Notes: generated from the sequence alone by a model not told the origin. DNA of 64,000 bases from Myxococcales bacterium (GCA_037441385.1 JBBISH010000012.1:22480-86479); one strand, 5' to 3'; shown: positions 9,480 to 19,880, counted from the first letter of the stretch. Numbers and translations are program-made.

Positions 9480-12377
9480 CTATCCCGCGCGCTCGGGGTC
9501 AAACGTGACGAGCTCGGTTTGCAGCATCAAGAACAGCACGTGCAAAAGCGCCAGGCGTTGCGGGCGGTTACCGTAGCAGTCCTCGTAGGCTGGCCGCGGC
9601 GTCTTGTTCGACAGCAGCATGGTGACGGCCTTGGACTCGCGGGCCTGCAGCTTTAGGTCAGACAGCGAAATCAACGGGTTGTGCCGTTGATACAACGGCC
9701 GATCCAGCTTGTCTTGAAAGAGTGGATCCAAGACGGCCAGCGACACGCGCTCGCGCACGCCCTCGGCCAGCACGGCGATCGGGTCAAAGTCCAGGGGCAC
9801 GATGTCGCTGGGGGGCTCCACGCCCTCGTAGAACGCGTAAGTGCCGCTGTCCCAGCCAAAAGCGTCGATAAAGCGCGCGTGGGTCTGGCCTTCGAGCACT
9901 TGGTACAGCTGGAACGGCTTGATCAGGTTCATCCCAACCAGCAAATCGCCTAGCTTGGTGCCCGTGGCGCGCGAACGACCGACGGCCAAGTCCACATCGG
10001 CTTGGCTGATATAGCCGTTGGCGACCATGAACGGCCCCAGCAGTTCTTGATGCTGATTGCTGGTGATGTATTGCGTGCGGCCGCGGCGGAAGTAGATCGA
10101 CTTGGCGGCGTCGCCGCGATGCAACTCCAGGGAACCCGTGGCGCGATCCGCAAACATCTTGTAGAGGAGGCGCACGAACACCCACTGCGACAGCGGCCCC
10201 GACAAGGTCGGCGGTTTCGCGGGCTCGGCGGTTTCTTCTACCACCGCGCTCAAGGCCGCCAGCGAGCGAATCGACGAGAACGGCCCGTTGCCGTGGGCGA
10301 CCAAGTCGTCGGCGCTGGCCGTCTTGGCGCGCAGCATGGCCTCCAGCCCGGCCAAGGTCAGCCCTGTCAGCTCAGCGCCGTGGGCCTGCCTCAAGCGATA
10401 GAGCGAAGCAACCGGCGCCGACGCGCGCAGCGTGTCGTTGACGTTGTCGTTGATCGGCGGGTGCTGCGTGACGCGCGCCGTGGGGAGAGGCGCGCTCGGC
10501 GGATCGGCGCTGACGATGGGCGGCACCTCGGCGGTCGTCCGCACCGGTTCGGCGCCCAGGCGCTGCTTGACGAAATCGGGCGCGATCTCAAAGGCGCTGG
10601 CCGAGATGGGTTGAAACACGGGCAGATCGGCGAGCGAGAGCGGTGCGCGCGCGGGCTCCGGCGTGGCCGCCAATGTGCCCTCGGTCGACGACACCGGCGA
10701 ACTGTGCTCGACGGCCATGGCCACAATGCCCGACTTGTTGGTCGCGGCGTCGGCCACGTCCTCCAGCGGAAACGGCGCGGTCTGGAACTCGGGGCGCATC
10801 GCGCGGGCCGCCAGCGAACGGGCCTGCGGGTTGGTGGCGGGCGGTGAGGCAATGGCGATGTCGACGGCGCGCTGCGAAGCACCCGAGCCTTCGGGCATGG
10901 CGGCCACGGACAATTCGCCCGTGTTGGCCCGCATGGCCCGGTCGTCCATGGCGCGGATGCGCGAGCGCGACGGTGTGGCCCCATGGCGCAAGACAACGCC
11001 GCTGGCCGACGGAGCGGAAACCGCTTCGTGGGCCCCGCTGTCGTGCGACGCCGCGTCCCGAACGGCTCCCGGCCGGGGCACCCCGTCTACCGGGGTCACG
11101 TCTGCCGAAGCCTGCCGCCGCGGCACCTCGGCGTGCCCGACTTGCGGCACCGTAGGCCTGGCCAGCTCGCCAGGCTCGATCGGCAGCGGTGGCAGGCCAC
11201 TTTGGGCGCGGGATTCAGCGATCCGTGCGCGAATCCGCTCCATTTCGTCGGCCGAGAACGAGAGCGAGGCCACGGAAGTGGGCGCAGCCACCGCCGTCGG
11301 TTGCTGTTGTTGCGCGGCCGGCTTGGTGCGGGCCGGGGCAACCGCACGCTTGGGGGGCTCGTCGTCGGGGATGGGCGGAGGCTCGTCGCCGGGAGGCAAC
11401 GCCGTTGGCCCCTGCCCCACACCCACGGCCGAAGCGCGGGTAAGAACTGGAACCGCCTGGTCGTCCCCGGCAAACAAAGCCTCCAAGTAGGCCGACAGCT
11501 GCCCGGTCGCCACGTGTTGCCGCCGCTCGAACATCACTTTCATGATGTCGTCGTGCATGGCCATGGCGGTGGGGTAGCGCTCGTTTGGATCGCGCGCCAG
11601 CGATCGCCGAAGGATGTTGCGAATATCCTCGTCGATGTAGCTGTGCTTCTTGAACTTGTGCTCGATGCGCGCGTCGCGGATGTTGACCAGCGTCTCCAGG
11701 TCGGTCTTGGCCAAGAAAAGGCGCTTCAGGGTCAGCGACTCGTACAGGATGATCCCCAACGAAAAGATGTCGCTGCGGTGGTCAAAGGCGCGTCCCGTCA
11801 CCTGTTCCGGGCTCATGTAGCCCAGCTTGCCCTTGAGCACACCGGAGCGCGTGGCGTTGTCGCGGTCGCCCGACGAGGCCTTGGCGACGCCGAAGTCCAT
11901 GACTTTGACCTCGCCCCCCTCGGCCAGCAGGATGTTCGACGGCGACACATCGCGGTGGATGATGTTCAGCGGCCGGCCATAGTGGTCCTTGGCAAAGTGG
12001 GCGTAGTGCAAGCCTTTCGCCGTCTCAGCGGCGATGTATAGGCACAACTCGGGCGGAATGCGCATCTGCGTCTGGGTCGCGCGCGACAGGACCTTGAACA
12101 GGTCGTGGCCGCGCACGTACTCCATCGCGATGTAGAAGATGCCCTCGATCTCGCCGTTTTCGTAGGTCTGCACGATGTTGGCGTGCTGCAGCACCGCACA
12201 CAGGCGCGCCTCGGCCAACAGCATGTCGATAAAGGTCTTGTTCGAGGCAAAGGAGGGAAGGATCTTCTTGATGACGACGATCTTCTCGAAGCCGCCCACG
12301 CCGCCGACCTTGGCGCGCCAGACTTCGGCCATGCCGCCCAAGCCGATGCGGTCTAGCAGCTCATAGCGGCCGAACAT
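9480..12377 (-). CDS. Ser/Thr protein kinase with low-complexity linker and C-terminal DUF4388-like domain
   Basis: IGLGGMAEV, VVIKK, HRDVSPSNILL, DFG, GKLGYMSPEQ, RSDIFSLG; C-terminal TGSLEL...IYFRRG...FGWDSGTYAF. Start may be a few codons upstream. Confidence 0.9.
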   Translation of the reverse strand: MFGRYELLDRIGLGGMAEVWRAKVGGVGGFEKIVVIKKILPSFASNKTFIDMLLAEARLCAVLQHANIVQTYENGEIEGIFYIAMEYVRGHDLFKVLSRATQTQMRIPPELCLYIAAETAKGLHYAHFAKDHYGRPLNIIHRDVSPSNILLAEGGEVKVMDFGVAKASSGDRDNATRSGVLKGKLGYMSPEQVTGRAFDHRSDIFSLGIILYESLTLKRLFLAKTDLETLVNIRDARIEHKFKKHSYIDEDIRNILRRSLARDPNERYPTAMAMHDDIMKVMFERRQHVATGQLSAYLEALFAGDDQAVPVLTRASAVGVGQGPTALPPGDEPPPIPDDEPPKRAVAPARTKPAAQQQQPTAVAAPTSVASLSFSADEMERIRARIAESRAQSGLPPLPIEPGELARPTVPQVGHAEVPRRQASADVTPVDGVPRPGAVRDAASHDSGAHEAVSAPSASGVVLRHGATPSRSRIRAMDDRAMRANTGELSVAAMPEGSGASQRAVDIAIASPPATNPQARSLAARAMRPEFQTAPFPLEDVADAATNKSGIVAMAVEHSSPVSSTEGTLAATPEPARAPLSLADLPVFQPISASAFEIAPDFVKQRLGAEPVRTTAEVPPIVSADPPSAPLPTARVTQHPPINDNVNDTLRASAPVASLYRLRQAHGAELTGLTLAGLEAMLRAKTASADDLVAHGNGPFSSIRSLAALSAVVEETAEPAKPPTLSGPLSQWVFVRLLYKMFADRATGSLELHRGDAAKSIYFRRGRTQYITSNQHQELLGPFMVANGYISQADVDLAVGRSRATGTKLGDLLVGMNLIKPFQLYQVLEGQTHARFIDAFGWDSGTYAFYEGVEPPSDIVPLDFDPIAVLAEGVRERVSLAVLDPLFQDKLDRPLYQRHNPLISLSDLKLQARESKAVTMLLSNKTPRPAYEDCYGNRPQRLALLHVLFLMLQTELVTFDPERAG

Positions 12378-12556
12378 CGTCCCCAAAATCACCTCTCCGC
12401 CCTGAACTCCGTGCGCCAGCTGAGCAGTGGCAAGCCGACACAGGGCAGAGCATCCTATACCTGACACCCGGCTTGCAACTGCCGCAGCCCCGTCGCGGAC
12501 GTAATTCTCGCGAATCCGCGCCGCAGCGGTGCATCAAGCACAAAACATGATTTGGA

Positions 12557-12775
12557 TCAGTTCTTTTCGAGTTGGTCGAGATAGATCTTTCCGGCTCGGC
12601 ACATCTCTTGATCGCGGTCGCTTGGCGACGCCGCAACCTGACGCAACTGCAAGCAAAGTCCGTCGCGCTCGCCGGCCCGGCTGCATGCGCGTTCGGCGAC
12701 TTCCTCGCACGGCCCCTTGCAGGCCCCCACCGAAGTCGCCACGATCGACAGCGTCAACCACCATCGCAACTGCAT
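12557..12775 (-). CDS. Small Cys-containing lipoprotein
   Basis: MQLRWWLTLSIVATSVGAC lipobox; ATG overlaps the ribB stop (TGATG). Confidence 0.6.
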   Translation of the reverse strand: MQLRWWLTLSIVATSVGACKGPCEEVAERACSRAGERDGLCLQLRQVAASPSDRDQEMCRAGKIYLDQLEKN

Positions 12776-13959
12776 CAAGGCTCCTCGGCCGGCGCTGGGC
12801 TGGCATCGCCCACGGGCAGCCACTCGACAATGTCGAGCCCATAGCCCGACACCGCCCGCAGCCGCCGCGGCTGGTTGGTCATGACACGCAGCTTGCGCAA
12901 GCCCAAGTCGCGCAAAATCTGAGCGCCAATACCGAATTCCTGAAAGTCCATTTTGGCCGCCAGGTCGTCACTGGAGCGCTGGGCACCAGCAGCGCGCTCT
13001 GCGTAGGTCTGCAGAGCCTGGCCCAAGGCGTCGGCGTCGCGATCGACGTCCAAGTACAGCAAGACGCCCGAGCCGGCTTCGGCAATCCGCTTCATCGCCG
13101 CCGCCAGATTGCGCTGCGCCGACGACAGGACAAAGCCAAAAGCATCCGCCAGCGGGTTGCTGCGGTGGACGCGCACCAGCACGGGTTCGTGCGTGGCCAC
13201 CTGGCCGTAGATCAGCGCCGCGTGGGTGGCCGTCCCCACCAGCGACCGGTAGATGGCGATGCGAAACTCGCCGTACTCGGTTGCCAATTTGCTCTCGGCC
13301 TCGCGCACCACCAGCGGCTCTTTTTGCAGGCGGTACTCGATCAGGTCGGCGACCGTCACCACGCGGATCCCGTGCAACGCCCCAAATTCCAAAAGGGCCG
13401 GCAGCCGGCTCATGCTGCCATCGGGCGCCATCACCTCGCAGATCACGCCCGCCGGCACCAAACCGGCTAAGCGCGCCAGATCGACCGAGCCCTCGGTCTG
13501 GCCGGCCCGCACCAGCACCCCACCCTGGCGCGCGCGCAGGGGGTAGATGTGCCCAGGAACACGAAAATCCTTGGCCGTGGCGTCGGGCGCGATCGCCCGC
13601 AGGATGGTGTGGGCGCGGGCCTTGGCCGATACGCCCGAGCCCTGCACGTCCACCGAGTCCATGCTCACGGTAAACGCCGTGCCCAGCCTGGCTTCGTTCT
13701 GCGGCGCCATCGGCGGCAGTTCCAGGCGGTCGACCAGGGCCCCCTGCATCGCCAGGCAGACTAGCCCGCGGCCGTGCTCGGCCATGAAGGCGATCGCCTC
13801 GGGCGTGACACGCTCGGCGGCGATAACCAGATCGCCTTCGTTTTCGCGATCTTCGTCGTCGACCAGGATCACCATCCGCCCAACGGCGATGTCGGCAATG
13901 GCTTGTTCGATGGGAGCAATCCGCAGCAGGGCAGGATCGGGGGCTGGCGCGGTTTGCAT
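12775..13959 (-). CDS. ribB: 3,4-dihydroxy-2-butanone-4-phosphate synthase fused to a degenerate GTP cyclohydrolase II domain (RibBX type)
   Basis: LVDDEDRENEGD, TAFTVS, PGHIYPL, GQTEGSVDL, ICE; the second domain has VRVH and GIGAQIL..LG..LRVMTN but lacks the Zn-binding cysteines. Confidence 0.9.
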   Translation of the reverse strand: MQTAPAPDPALLRIAPIEQAIADIAVGRMVILVDDEDRENEGDLVIAAERVTPEAIAFMAEHGRGLVCLAMQGALVDRLELPPMAPQNEARLGTAFTVSMDSVDVQGSGVSAKARAHTILRAIAPDATAKDFRVPGHIYPLRARQGGVLVRAGQTEGSVDLARLAGLVPAGVICEVMAPDGSMSRLPALLEFGALHGIRVVTVADLIEYRLQKEPLVVREAESKLATEYGEFRIAIYRSLVGTATHAALIYGQVATHEPVLVRVHRSNPLADAFGFVLSSAQRNLAAAMKRIAEAGSGVLLYLDVDRDADALGQALQTYAERAAGAQRSSDDLAAKMDFQEFGIGAQILRDLGLRKLRVMTNQPRRLRAVSGYGLDIVEWLPVGDASPAPAEEP

Positions 13960-14010
13960 CGCGTGGGGCTCCAAGTAGATGGAAGGCAAGCAGAAGTTCG
14001 TCGCGGCCGG

Positions 14011-14628
14011 TCAGGGCTCCAGCGGCGACAGGGCCCGTGCACTGCTGCGGCGCTGGGCGGCGGCGTCACAAGTCTCTGGCGCGGGCCGGGCCAGGCGACG
14101 GGTCTGAACCACGGTACCAGCCGGCGCGCCCGTTTCCGCAGCCTGCAGCGCGGCTTCGATGTCGTGCTGATCCCCGGCGAGCACCGCGTGGCCTTGGCCG
14201 GCCAACTCGGTGGCAAAACGCAGACGGAGCAGTTGGGTCTCGGCGGCCTTCAGCGCCCGATCCACCGCCGCCAGCGTGGCGATCGGCGTGTGGCACTGCA
14301 GAATTCCCAAGGCATCCTGGCGGGCTTGCGCATCGGCGCTGGTCAGCAGGTGGCCATGCAGGGCCGAGCGCAGCAGTTCGTGCGCAAAGGGCAACAGCAG
14401 CGTCTCGGTCACTTCGCCGGGCACTTCCGCCGCGCCGCGCTGCAGCGACGCCTCGCAACTGGCCACATCGCCGCCAAAAACCACCAAGTACCGACCGGGA
14501 TCGATATCGCCGGCAAAAATCACATGGACGGGCGCCTCTTTGACCAGCGCATCCAGCGCGCACAAGCCGGCGGGCACCGAGATGAGCTCGATGGCGGCCA
14601 GCGTGTCGTGTTCGGAGGCAAGAACCAA
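14011..14628 (-). CDS. BMC shell trimer protein (BMC-T, tandem BMC domains)
   Basis: Two BMC repeats (LDALVKEAPV...PGRYLVVFGGDVA; VDRALKAAET...GQGHAVLAGD); resembles H. ochraceum BMC-T1 as recalled; TTG start uncertain. Confidence 0.85.
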   Translation of the reverse strand: MVLASEHDTLAAIELISVPAGLCALDALVKEAPVHVIFAGDIDPGRYLVVFGGDVASCEASLQRGAAEVPGEVTETLLLPFAHELLRSALHGHLLTSADAQARQDALGILQCHTPIATLAAVDRALKAAETQLLRLRFATELAGQGHAVLAGDQHDIEAALQAAETGAPAGTVVQTRRLARPAPETCDAAAQRRSSARALSPLEP

Positions 14629-14639
14629 AAGGGGCTCCG

Positions 14640-16055
14640 TTAGACGATGCGGAAGTAGCCGTGCAGGGTGCAGCGGCGTTGCTTGGTCCAGGTGCGTGCG
14701 TTGGTCAGGCCCTCGCCAGTGGTGCCGGCGATGGTCCAGGCCGTGTAGCCCTCGCCGCCCAAGCCCAAGCCAGCGTACGACGGCGCATTCTTGACGAAAA
14801 TCGAGGTGTTGACGGCCTTGGCCATGCGGTCCAGACGGTCGATCGCCATCGAGTGCATGGTCGCCGTATGCAAGAAGCCGTGCTCGCAGCGCACCGCCGC
14901 TTCAACGGCCGCTTCCCAATCGGGCACGCGGAAGAAGCCCAGCACCGGCAGCAGGCCCTCCAACTGCACAAAGGGATGGGACTCTTCCACCTCGGCGTAG
15001 GCGATGCGGGTGTCCTCGCTCACGTTGACGCCGATCTCGCGCAGGATCACGTTGGCGTTCTTGCCCACGAACTTGCGGTTGATGTGGCCGTCTTCGATCA
15101 GCAGCTTCTCCAGCGCCTGCAGTTCGCGGTCCTTGACCTCGTACGCGCCGTTCTGGTTCATCTCGCGCTTGAGCTCGTCGGCGATCTTGGCGACCGCGAT
15201 GATCTCTTTTTCCACGATGCAGACGATATTGTTGTCCAGCGAGGCGCCCGCGATGATGTTCTTGGCCGCCTGGCGCAGGTCCGCCGTCTCGTCGACCACC
15301 GCCGGCGGATTGCCCGGCCCGGCGCACACCGCGCGCTTGCCCGAATTCAGCGCCGCCTTGACCACCGGCCCGCCGCCCGTCACCGCGATCAGCCGAATCC
15401 CCGGGTGCTTCATCACCTGATTGGCCGACTCGATCGACGGCTCGGTCACCATCGTCATCATGTTGTCGGGCGCGCCAGCTTCCACGCACGCCTGGTTCAG
15501 CATCTGCACGTACCACGCCAGCGTCCGCTTGGCGCTGGGGTGCACGTTGAACACCACCGTGTTGCCGCCGGCCAGCATCGAGATGCCGTTGTTCAGGATC
15601 GTCTCGGTCGCGTTGGTGGTCGGCGTGATCGAGCCGATGATGCCCAGCGGCCCAAATTCGTCGATGGTCAGGCCCGCATCGCCGGTGTGCGCCGCGGGTT
15701 GCAGGATCTCCATGCCGGGCGTCTTGAGCGCCACCAGCCGGTTCTTGTTGATCTTGTCGGCCACGCGCCCCAGGCCCGTCTCTTCCACCGCCCGCCGCGA
15801 CATCTCTTCCAGGTTCTTCAGGGTCACCTGGCGCATGTTGTCGATGGCGCGGGCGCGCACATGCACCGGCGTCTTGTGCATCTGCTCGTAGGCAGCGCGG
15901 GCGGCCTTGACGGCGTCGTCGACCGTGTCAAAAAGCCCGTTCTTGCCCGGAGCATAACGCGGGGTGCTGATCGTGGGACCACCGCCGCCCGCCGCGGGCG
16001 TTCCCAGGCGGCGAACCACTTCGGCCACGATGGCTTGGATGCGCGCTTCGTCCAT
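14640..16055 (-). CDS. BMC-associated CoA-acylating aldehyde dehydrogenase (EutE/PduP family)
   Basis: EETGLGRVADKINKN, ITPTTNATET, TGGGPVV, AGPGNPP, DNNIVCIVEKE, GTTGEG; N-terminal amphipathic helix. Confidence 0.92.
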   Translation of the reverse strand: MDEARIQAIVAEVVRRLGTPAAGGGGPTISTPRYAPGKNGLFDTVDDAVKAARAAYEQMHKTPVHVRARAIDNMRQVTLKNLEEMSRRAVEETGLGRVADKINKNRLVALKTPGMEILQPAAHTGDAGLTIDEFGPLGIIGSITPTTNATETILNNGISMLAGGNTVVFNVHPSAKRTLAWYVQMLNQACVEAGAPDNMMTMVTEPSIESANQVMKHPGIRLIAVTGGGPVVKAALNSGKRAVCAGPGNPPAVVDETADLRQAAKNIIAGASLDNNIVCIVEKEIIAVAKIADELKREMNQNGAYEVKDRELQALEKLLIEDGHINRKFVGKNANVILREIGVNVSEDTRIAYAEVEESHPFVQLEGLLPVLGFFRVPDWEAAVEAAVRCEHGFLHTATMHSMAIDRLDRMAKAVNTSIFVKNAPSYAGLGLGGEGYTAWTIAGTTGEGLTNARTWTKQRRCTLHGYFRIV

Positions 16056-16137
16056 GAGGTTCTCCCTTCGGCCCGGACCTTGGCGGTCACCCGGCAGGCG
16101 CTAGCCGCACTCCGGACAGACCGCGTGGCCCGGCCAG

Positions 16138-16446
16138 CTACTCGCCCTCGCCGCTTGGATACTTCTCGTAGACGGCGGCACCATCGGCGTGCACGCTGTC
16201 CACGATCGCCATGATCACATGATCCACCGGGCGATCCTTGGTGGCCGAGGTCAGGCGCGCCGACGAGCCAGCCGCAAACAGCACCACCTCGCCATCGCCC
16301 GCGTTCACCGCGTCAACCGCGACGATCACCTTGCCGGTGGCCTGGTACTTGGCGTCGAGCTCGCGCACCAGCAACAGCCGCAAACCAGCAAGTTCGGGCT
16401 CTTTTCTTGTCGCGACTACCGTGCCGACTACTTTGCCGAGCAGCAT
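16138..16446 (-). CDS. BMC vertex pentamer (EutN/CcmL family, BMC-P)
   Basis: [21 protein letters not shown]..., [15 protein letters not shown]...GSSAR...[11 protein letters not shown]. Confidence 0.92.
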   Translation of the reverse strand: MLLGKVVGTVVATRKEPELAGLRLLLVRELDAKYQATGKVIVAVDAVNAGDGEVVLFAAGSSARLTSATKDRPVDHVIMAIVDSVHADGAAVYEKYPSGEGE

Positions 16447-16659
16447 CTGATCCTCGCCTGCGGGCTCCGGTTGGCCCCGCTCGCGCCGCTGCGGGAGTGA
16501 CCCGGCCAGCCGCGCTTGGTGCGCATCACGCGGTGATCGCCCACCGCCATCCCGGCGCGACCGGTGCGGAATTGGCTGACGGCACCGCTGCAATCAGCGA
16601 TGCGGCCAACGCAATTGCCGCCCCGGCACCGGCTGGGCGACGCTGTGGGCCACGACCAA

Positions 16660-16965
16660 CTAGACGATCTTGTTGTCGGACTTGGCCGGGCCGCGGCCCA
16701 GAGGCAGCGTCGCGTCCACGTTGGCGTGCGGGCGCGGGATCACATGGACCGAGACCAGCTCGCCCACGCGCTCGGCCTGGCGCTGCCCAGCTTCCACCGC
16801 CGCCTTGACCGCCGCGACGTCGCCGCGAACGATCGCCGTGACGTAGCCGCCGCCGATCTTCTCAAAACCGACGAGCTCGACCTTGGCGGCCTTGACCATG
16901 GCATCGCTGGCCTCGACCAGGGCCACAAAACCGCGGGTTTCGATCATTCCCAAAGCGTCCGACAT
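16660..16965 (-). CDS. BMC shell hexamer (BMC-H, EutM/PduA-like)
   Basis: [46 protein letters not shown]; strong AAGGAG Shine-Dalgarno. Confidence 0.95.
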   Translation of the reverse strand: MSDALGMIETRGFVALVEASDAMVKAAKVELVGFEKIGGGYVTAIVRGDVAAVKAAVEAGQRQAERVGELVSVHVIPRPHANVDATLPLGRGPAKSDNKIV

Positions 16966-17074
16966 GATAACTCCTTGCTAACGGCTAGACTGACAGAACA
17001 CGCTAATCTCTTTGCACTTCAACAGCTGGGCTCCGCGGCAGGCGCCCCCCGACCGGCGGAGCGGGCGGCCTTGC

Positions 17075-17701
17075 CTAGCGCGACGGCGCCTGCCCCTCAA
17101 CCCCTTCCAGAGCGGCGATCGCCGCGGCGCGCGCCGAGTCGATCTCGGACTCGCTGCCCGACATCCACAACCGGCCAAAAGCACCGAACGGTCGCACTTC
17201 GATCAGCTTGACGTTGGCGGCCTTCTCCGCTTCGTTGGCCGCATAGGCCGCGTAGCCAGCGGGCTCCGTCTCCAAGATGAACAGGCTATCGCCCGGCAAA
17301 ATCATGTTGCCGTACGAGTCCTTGTTGATGATCTGTGCCTGATATGGCTCGATCGCCCGGATCACCTGATTGGTGGCGATGCGCGGCTTGAGGCGCTGCG
17401 ACTCGTCGATGCCCAAGTCTTCCAGGATGGCGCGACCGGCGCTGCGAACCGCACCTTGGTCGGCGTCGTGCACTTCCAGCAGGCCAAAAGCGCGCTCGAC
17501 CACCTGGATCGCCGGCGTCACCGTAGTCGCTTTGAGCGCCACGTCGGTGATGCGGTTCACGGCGATACCCGGAGCGATTTCGACGTAGAGCGCCGCCATG
17601 TTGGGCAGCGGCAAGAAGCCGCGCGCGGTTTTTCCAATGAACGACGCCAGTTGCGGCTGCAAGCTGTCGAGAACGATGAAGGTGCGCAGCGCGATCGCCA
17701 T
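17075..17701 (-). CDS. BMC shell stacked trimer (BMC-Tdp, CcmP/HO BMC-T2-like)
   Basis: [60 protein letters not shown]. Confidence 0.92.
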   Translation of the reverse strand: MAIALRTFIVLDSLQPQLASFIGKTARGFLPLPNMAALYVEIAPGIAVNRITDVALKATTVTPAIQVVERAFGLLEVHDADQGAVRSAGRAILEDLGIDESQRLKPRIATNQVIRAIEPYQAQIINKDSYGNMILPGDSLFILETEPAGYAAYAANEAEKAANVKLIEVRPFGAFGRLWMSGSESEIDSARAAAIAALEGVEGQAPSR

Positions 17702-17775
17702 GGCCCCTCGTACGCCGCGGATGGGCGCGGGCAAAAAGAAAACGGTGGCCGGCACACGTGGCCGGCGTCGGGCAT

Positions 17776-17803
17776 GTTGTAGCCCAAGATTGCCGCTGTG
17801 CAA
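17776..17803 (-). promoter_or_regulatory. Candidate sigma70-type promoter for the BMC operon
   Basis: Minus strand TTGCAC-N16-TACAAC about 75 nt upstream of the first BMC gene. Confidence 0.3.
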
Positions 17804-18026
17804 AGTGCACGGCCGGCGTTGCCCACCGATTTTTCGATCGCGACTGTGTGGTCCTTCCGACAGACCCGGCCGGTGGGCGACCGGTACGGCGATCGCGGTT
17901 GGGAAATGCAGTGCCCAGGGCCGCGCGGATCACGCAGGTCGTCAAAAATCCTCGCCAGATTGGTCGCACGGGTTGGCTCGCGAGCATGGTTTGTGAGAAA
18001 TTGTGGCACCCGACCAACAAGAAGGC

Positions 18027-18055
18027 TTGACGGTGTTGCGAGCGAACGGTACGAC
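18027..18055 (+). promoter_or_regulatory. Candidate sigma70-type promoter for the FHA gene
   Basis: TTGACG-N17-TACGAC. Confidence 0.35.
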
Positions 18056-18140
18056 AGCCATGCTGATGGGGCCTGCCAGGCGACGCTGGTCGCGGTAGGC
18101 GCCCTGGGAAATCTGCGGCGGCTGTGGAGGGTCTGGGCTG

Positions 18141-19880
18141 ATGGCAACGTGTCCGCGCTGCGGCAGGAGCAACGAAGGCAAGTACCGATTCTGCCTTGGC
18201 TGCGGCGCGGCCTTGGGCGCGACGGAGGCCAAGCCCGCCGTGGGCGCGCCCCGCTCGGCTGGCGGAACCGGCCCGGCTGGCGGAACCGGCCCGATACCCG
18301 GTGCGACCGCTCCGTCCTCGCCAGCGCCGGCCGCAAGGAGTGGCCCAGCCAACGCCCCAAGTCAGAGTCCTGCGGCTGCTGCCCTGCCCGCCCGACCGGC
18401 AGTGAGCCAATCGGCCGCCGCTGCCGTGGGTCGCGTCCGACCGGAGTCGGCGCCGCCCCCGGCCGCAGCCGAGCCCGCCGCACCGCCTGCGCCTCCCGCT
18501 GAAGCCCCTGCCGAATCCGAAGGAGGCGACCGGCTCCGCGCCAGTTCGATGCCGCTGCGTCGCTCTGCGAGCCTGATGGGCGTGGCCAACCGCGGCGAGC
18601 CAATGCTGCACCGCGAAACACAACCGCGCACAGCACCGCGCGCCGATTCGGAAATGCCAAGCGCCGCCGCGGCCGTGGAACTACCGCCGCGCCCCGGCAG
18701 CAGTGGCGCCGTCGTGGGCCCAGCGGGAGCCGCCAAGACCGAAGCGCATCCCACGCTGCCCGAGGCGATGCAAGACCCCTTGGTCCGGGCGCGCCGCACC
18801 GCTGGCCAGCCCGTGATCGGTGTCCCGCCAACACCGGCCGCCATGCCGGCCGCGGCAATTCCGCCTTTGGTGGCTAGGCCGATGCCCGGTCCGAGTCCGA
18901 CCGACTACGCCTCGGCCGAGCAGGTCGCGCCGCGTACCCCGGGCAAGTACGAGCCGCCGCACCAGGAAGTGGACGAGCCCAAACGCATTTTGACGCCGCT
19001 GATGACGCGCCCGCCGCTTGGGGTGGAGGACGCGGCCCCCACGACCCAGCAACCGGCCCAGATCGACGCGCCGATGCAGCCCGTTCGGTCCGCGGTCGTG
19101 CCGCCTCCGCCGCGCCCGGGACTGCCGCCGCGGCCGGCCACCATCGACCGACCACCGCCGCCACCGCAAGTCCCACCGCCGTCTGCCAGCGCGGGCAACG
19201 TGGCCCCGCCCGCGCCGCAAATCAGCCGCTTGGGTCATTTGGCCCTCATCGACGACAACGGCGCCGAGTCGCTGCAGTTCCCGCTTGTACTGGGCGAAAA
19301 CCGCATCGGCTCGGGCGAGGGCTGCCAGCTCCGCTTCCCAGACGATGGCTTCTTGACCGGCGTGCACTGCATCATCCACGTTGAGCCAAGCAAGATGACG
19401 TTGCGGCCCGTCGACTACGGCAACGGTACGTACCTCCGCATTTCAACTCCGATCGAGTTGCACCACGGCGACACGATGCGAATCGGCCAAGAGGTGCTGC
19501 GCTTCGAGCGAATCGACCGGCTGACCCCCGAAATCAACTTTGCCGGCAAGGCCGAGATGGTGGGCTTCCCGCTGGGGCGCGAAGTCTGGGGTCGCCTGTG
19601 CCAAGTCGGCTTGGGTCGGCAAGTAGCGAACGCGTATATGCTCGCCACGCCAGACGTTTTCTTAGGGCGTGAGCGGGGGGACATTCTGTTTCCGCGCGAC
19701 GGCTTCGTGTCTGGTTCGCATGCCGTCGTGTCCGAGCGCAACGGTCGCTGCTTCCTCAAAGATTTGGTGAGTTCCAACGGTACGTTCATCAAGGCCAAAC
19801 AAGACGCGCCGCTGCGCAATGGCGACTTGTTCTTGCTGGGCCGGAATTTGCTCAGGGTCCACTTGGGGCCCCCGAACTAA
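18141..19880 (+). CDS. Zn-ribbon + Pro/Ala-rich linker + tandem FHA domain protein
   Basis: CPRCG...FCLGCG; two FHA-like domains (NRIGS...HC...NGTYLR; LGRERG...VSGSHA...DLVSSNGTF). Confidence 0.85.
   Translation: MATCPRCGRSNEGKYRFCLGCGAALGATEAKPAVGAPRSAGGTGPAGGTGPIPGATAPSSPAPAARSGPANAPSQSPAAAALPARPAVSQSAAAAVGRVRPESAPPPAAAEPAAPPAPPAEAPAESEGGDRLRASSMPLRRSASLMGVANRGEPMLHRETQPRTAPRADSEMPSAAAAVELPPRPGSSGAVVGPAGAAKTEAHPTLPEAMQDPLVRARRTAGQPVIGVPPTPAAMPAAAIPPLVARPMPGPSPTDYASAEQVAPRTPGKYEPPHQEVDEPKRILTPLMTRPPLGVEDAAPTTQQPAQIDAPMQPVRSAVVPPPPRPGLPPRPATIDRPPPPPQVPPPSASAGNVAPPAPQISRLGHLALIDDNGAESLQFPLVLGENRIGSGEGCQLRFPDDGFLTGVHCIIHVEPSKMTLRPVDYGNGTYLRISTPIELHHGDTMRIGQEVLRFERIDRLTPEINFAGKAEMVGFPLGREVWGRLCQVGLGRQVANAYMLATPDVFLGRERGDILFPRDGFVSGSHAVVSERNGRCFLKDLVSSNGTFIKAKQDAPLRNGDLFLLGRNLLRVHLGPPN

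Noticed and set aside
14011..17701. Ethanolamine or propanediol utilisation locus
   Set aside because: No eutBC, pduCDE or glycyl-radical enzyme in the window.
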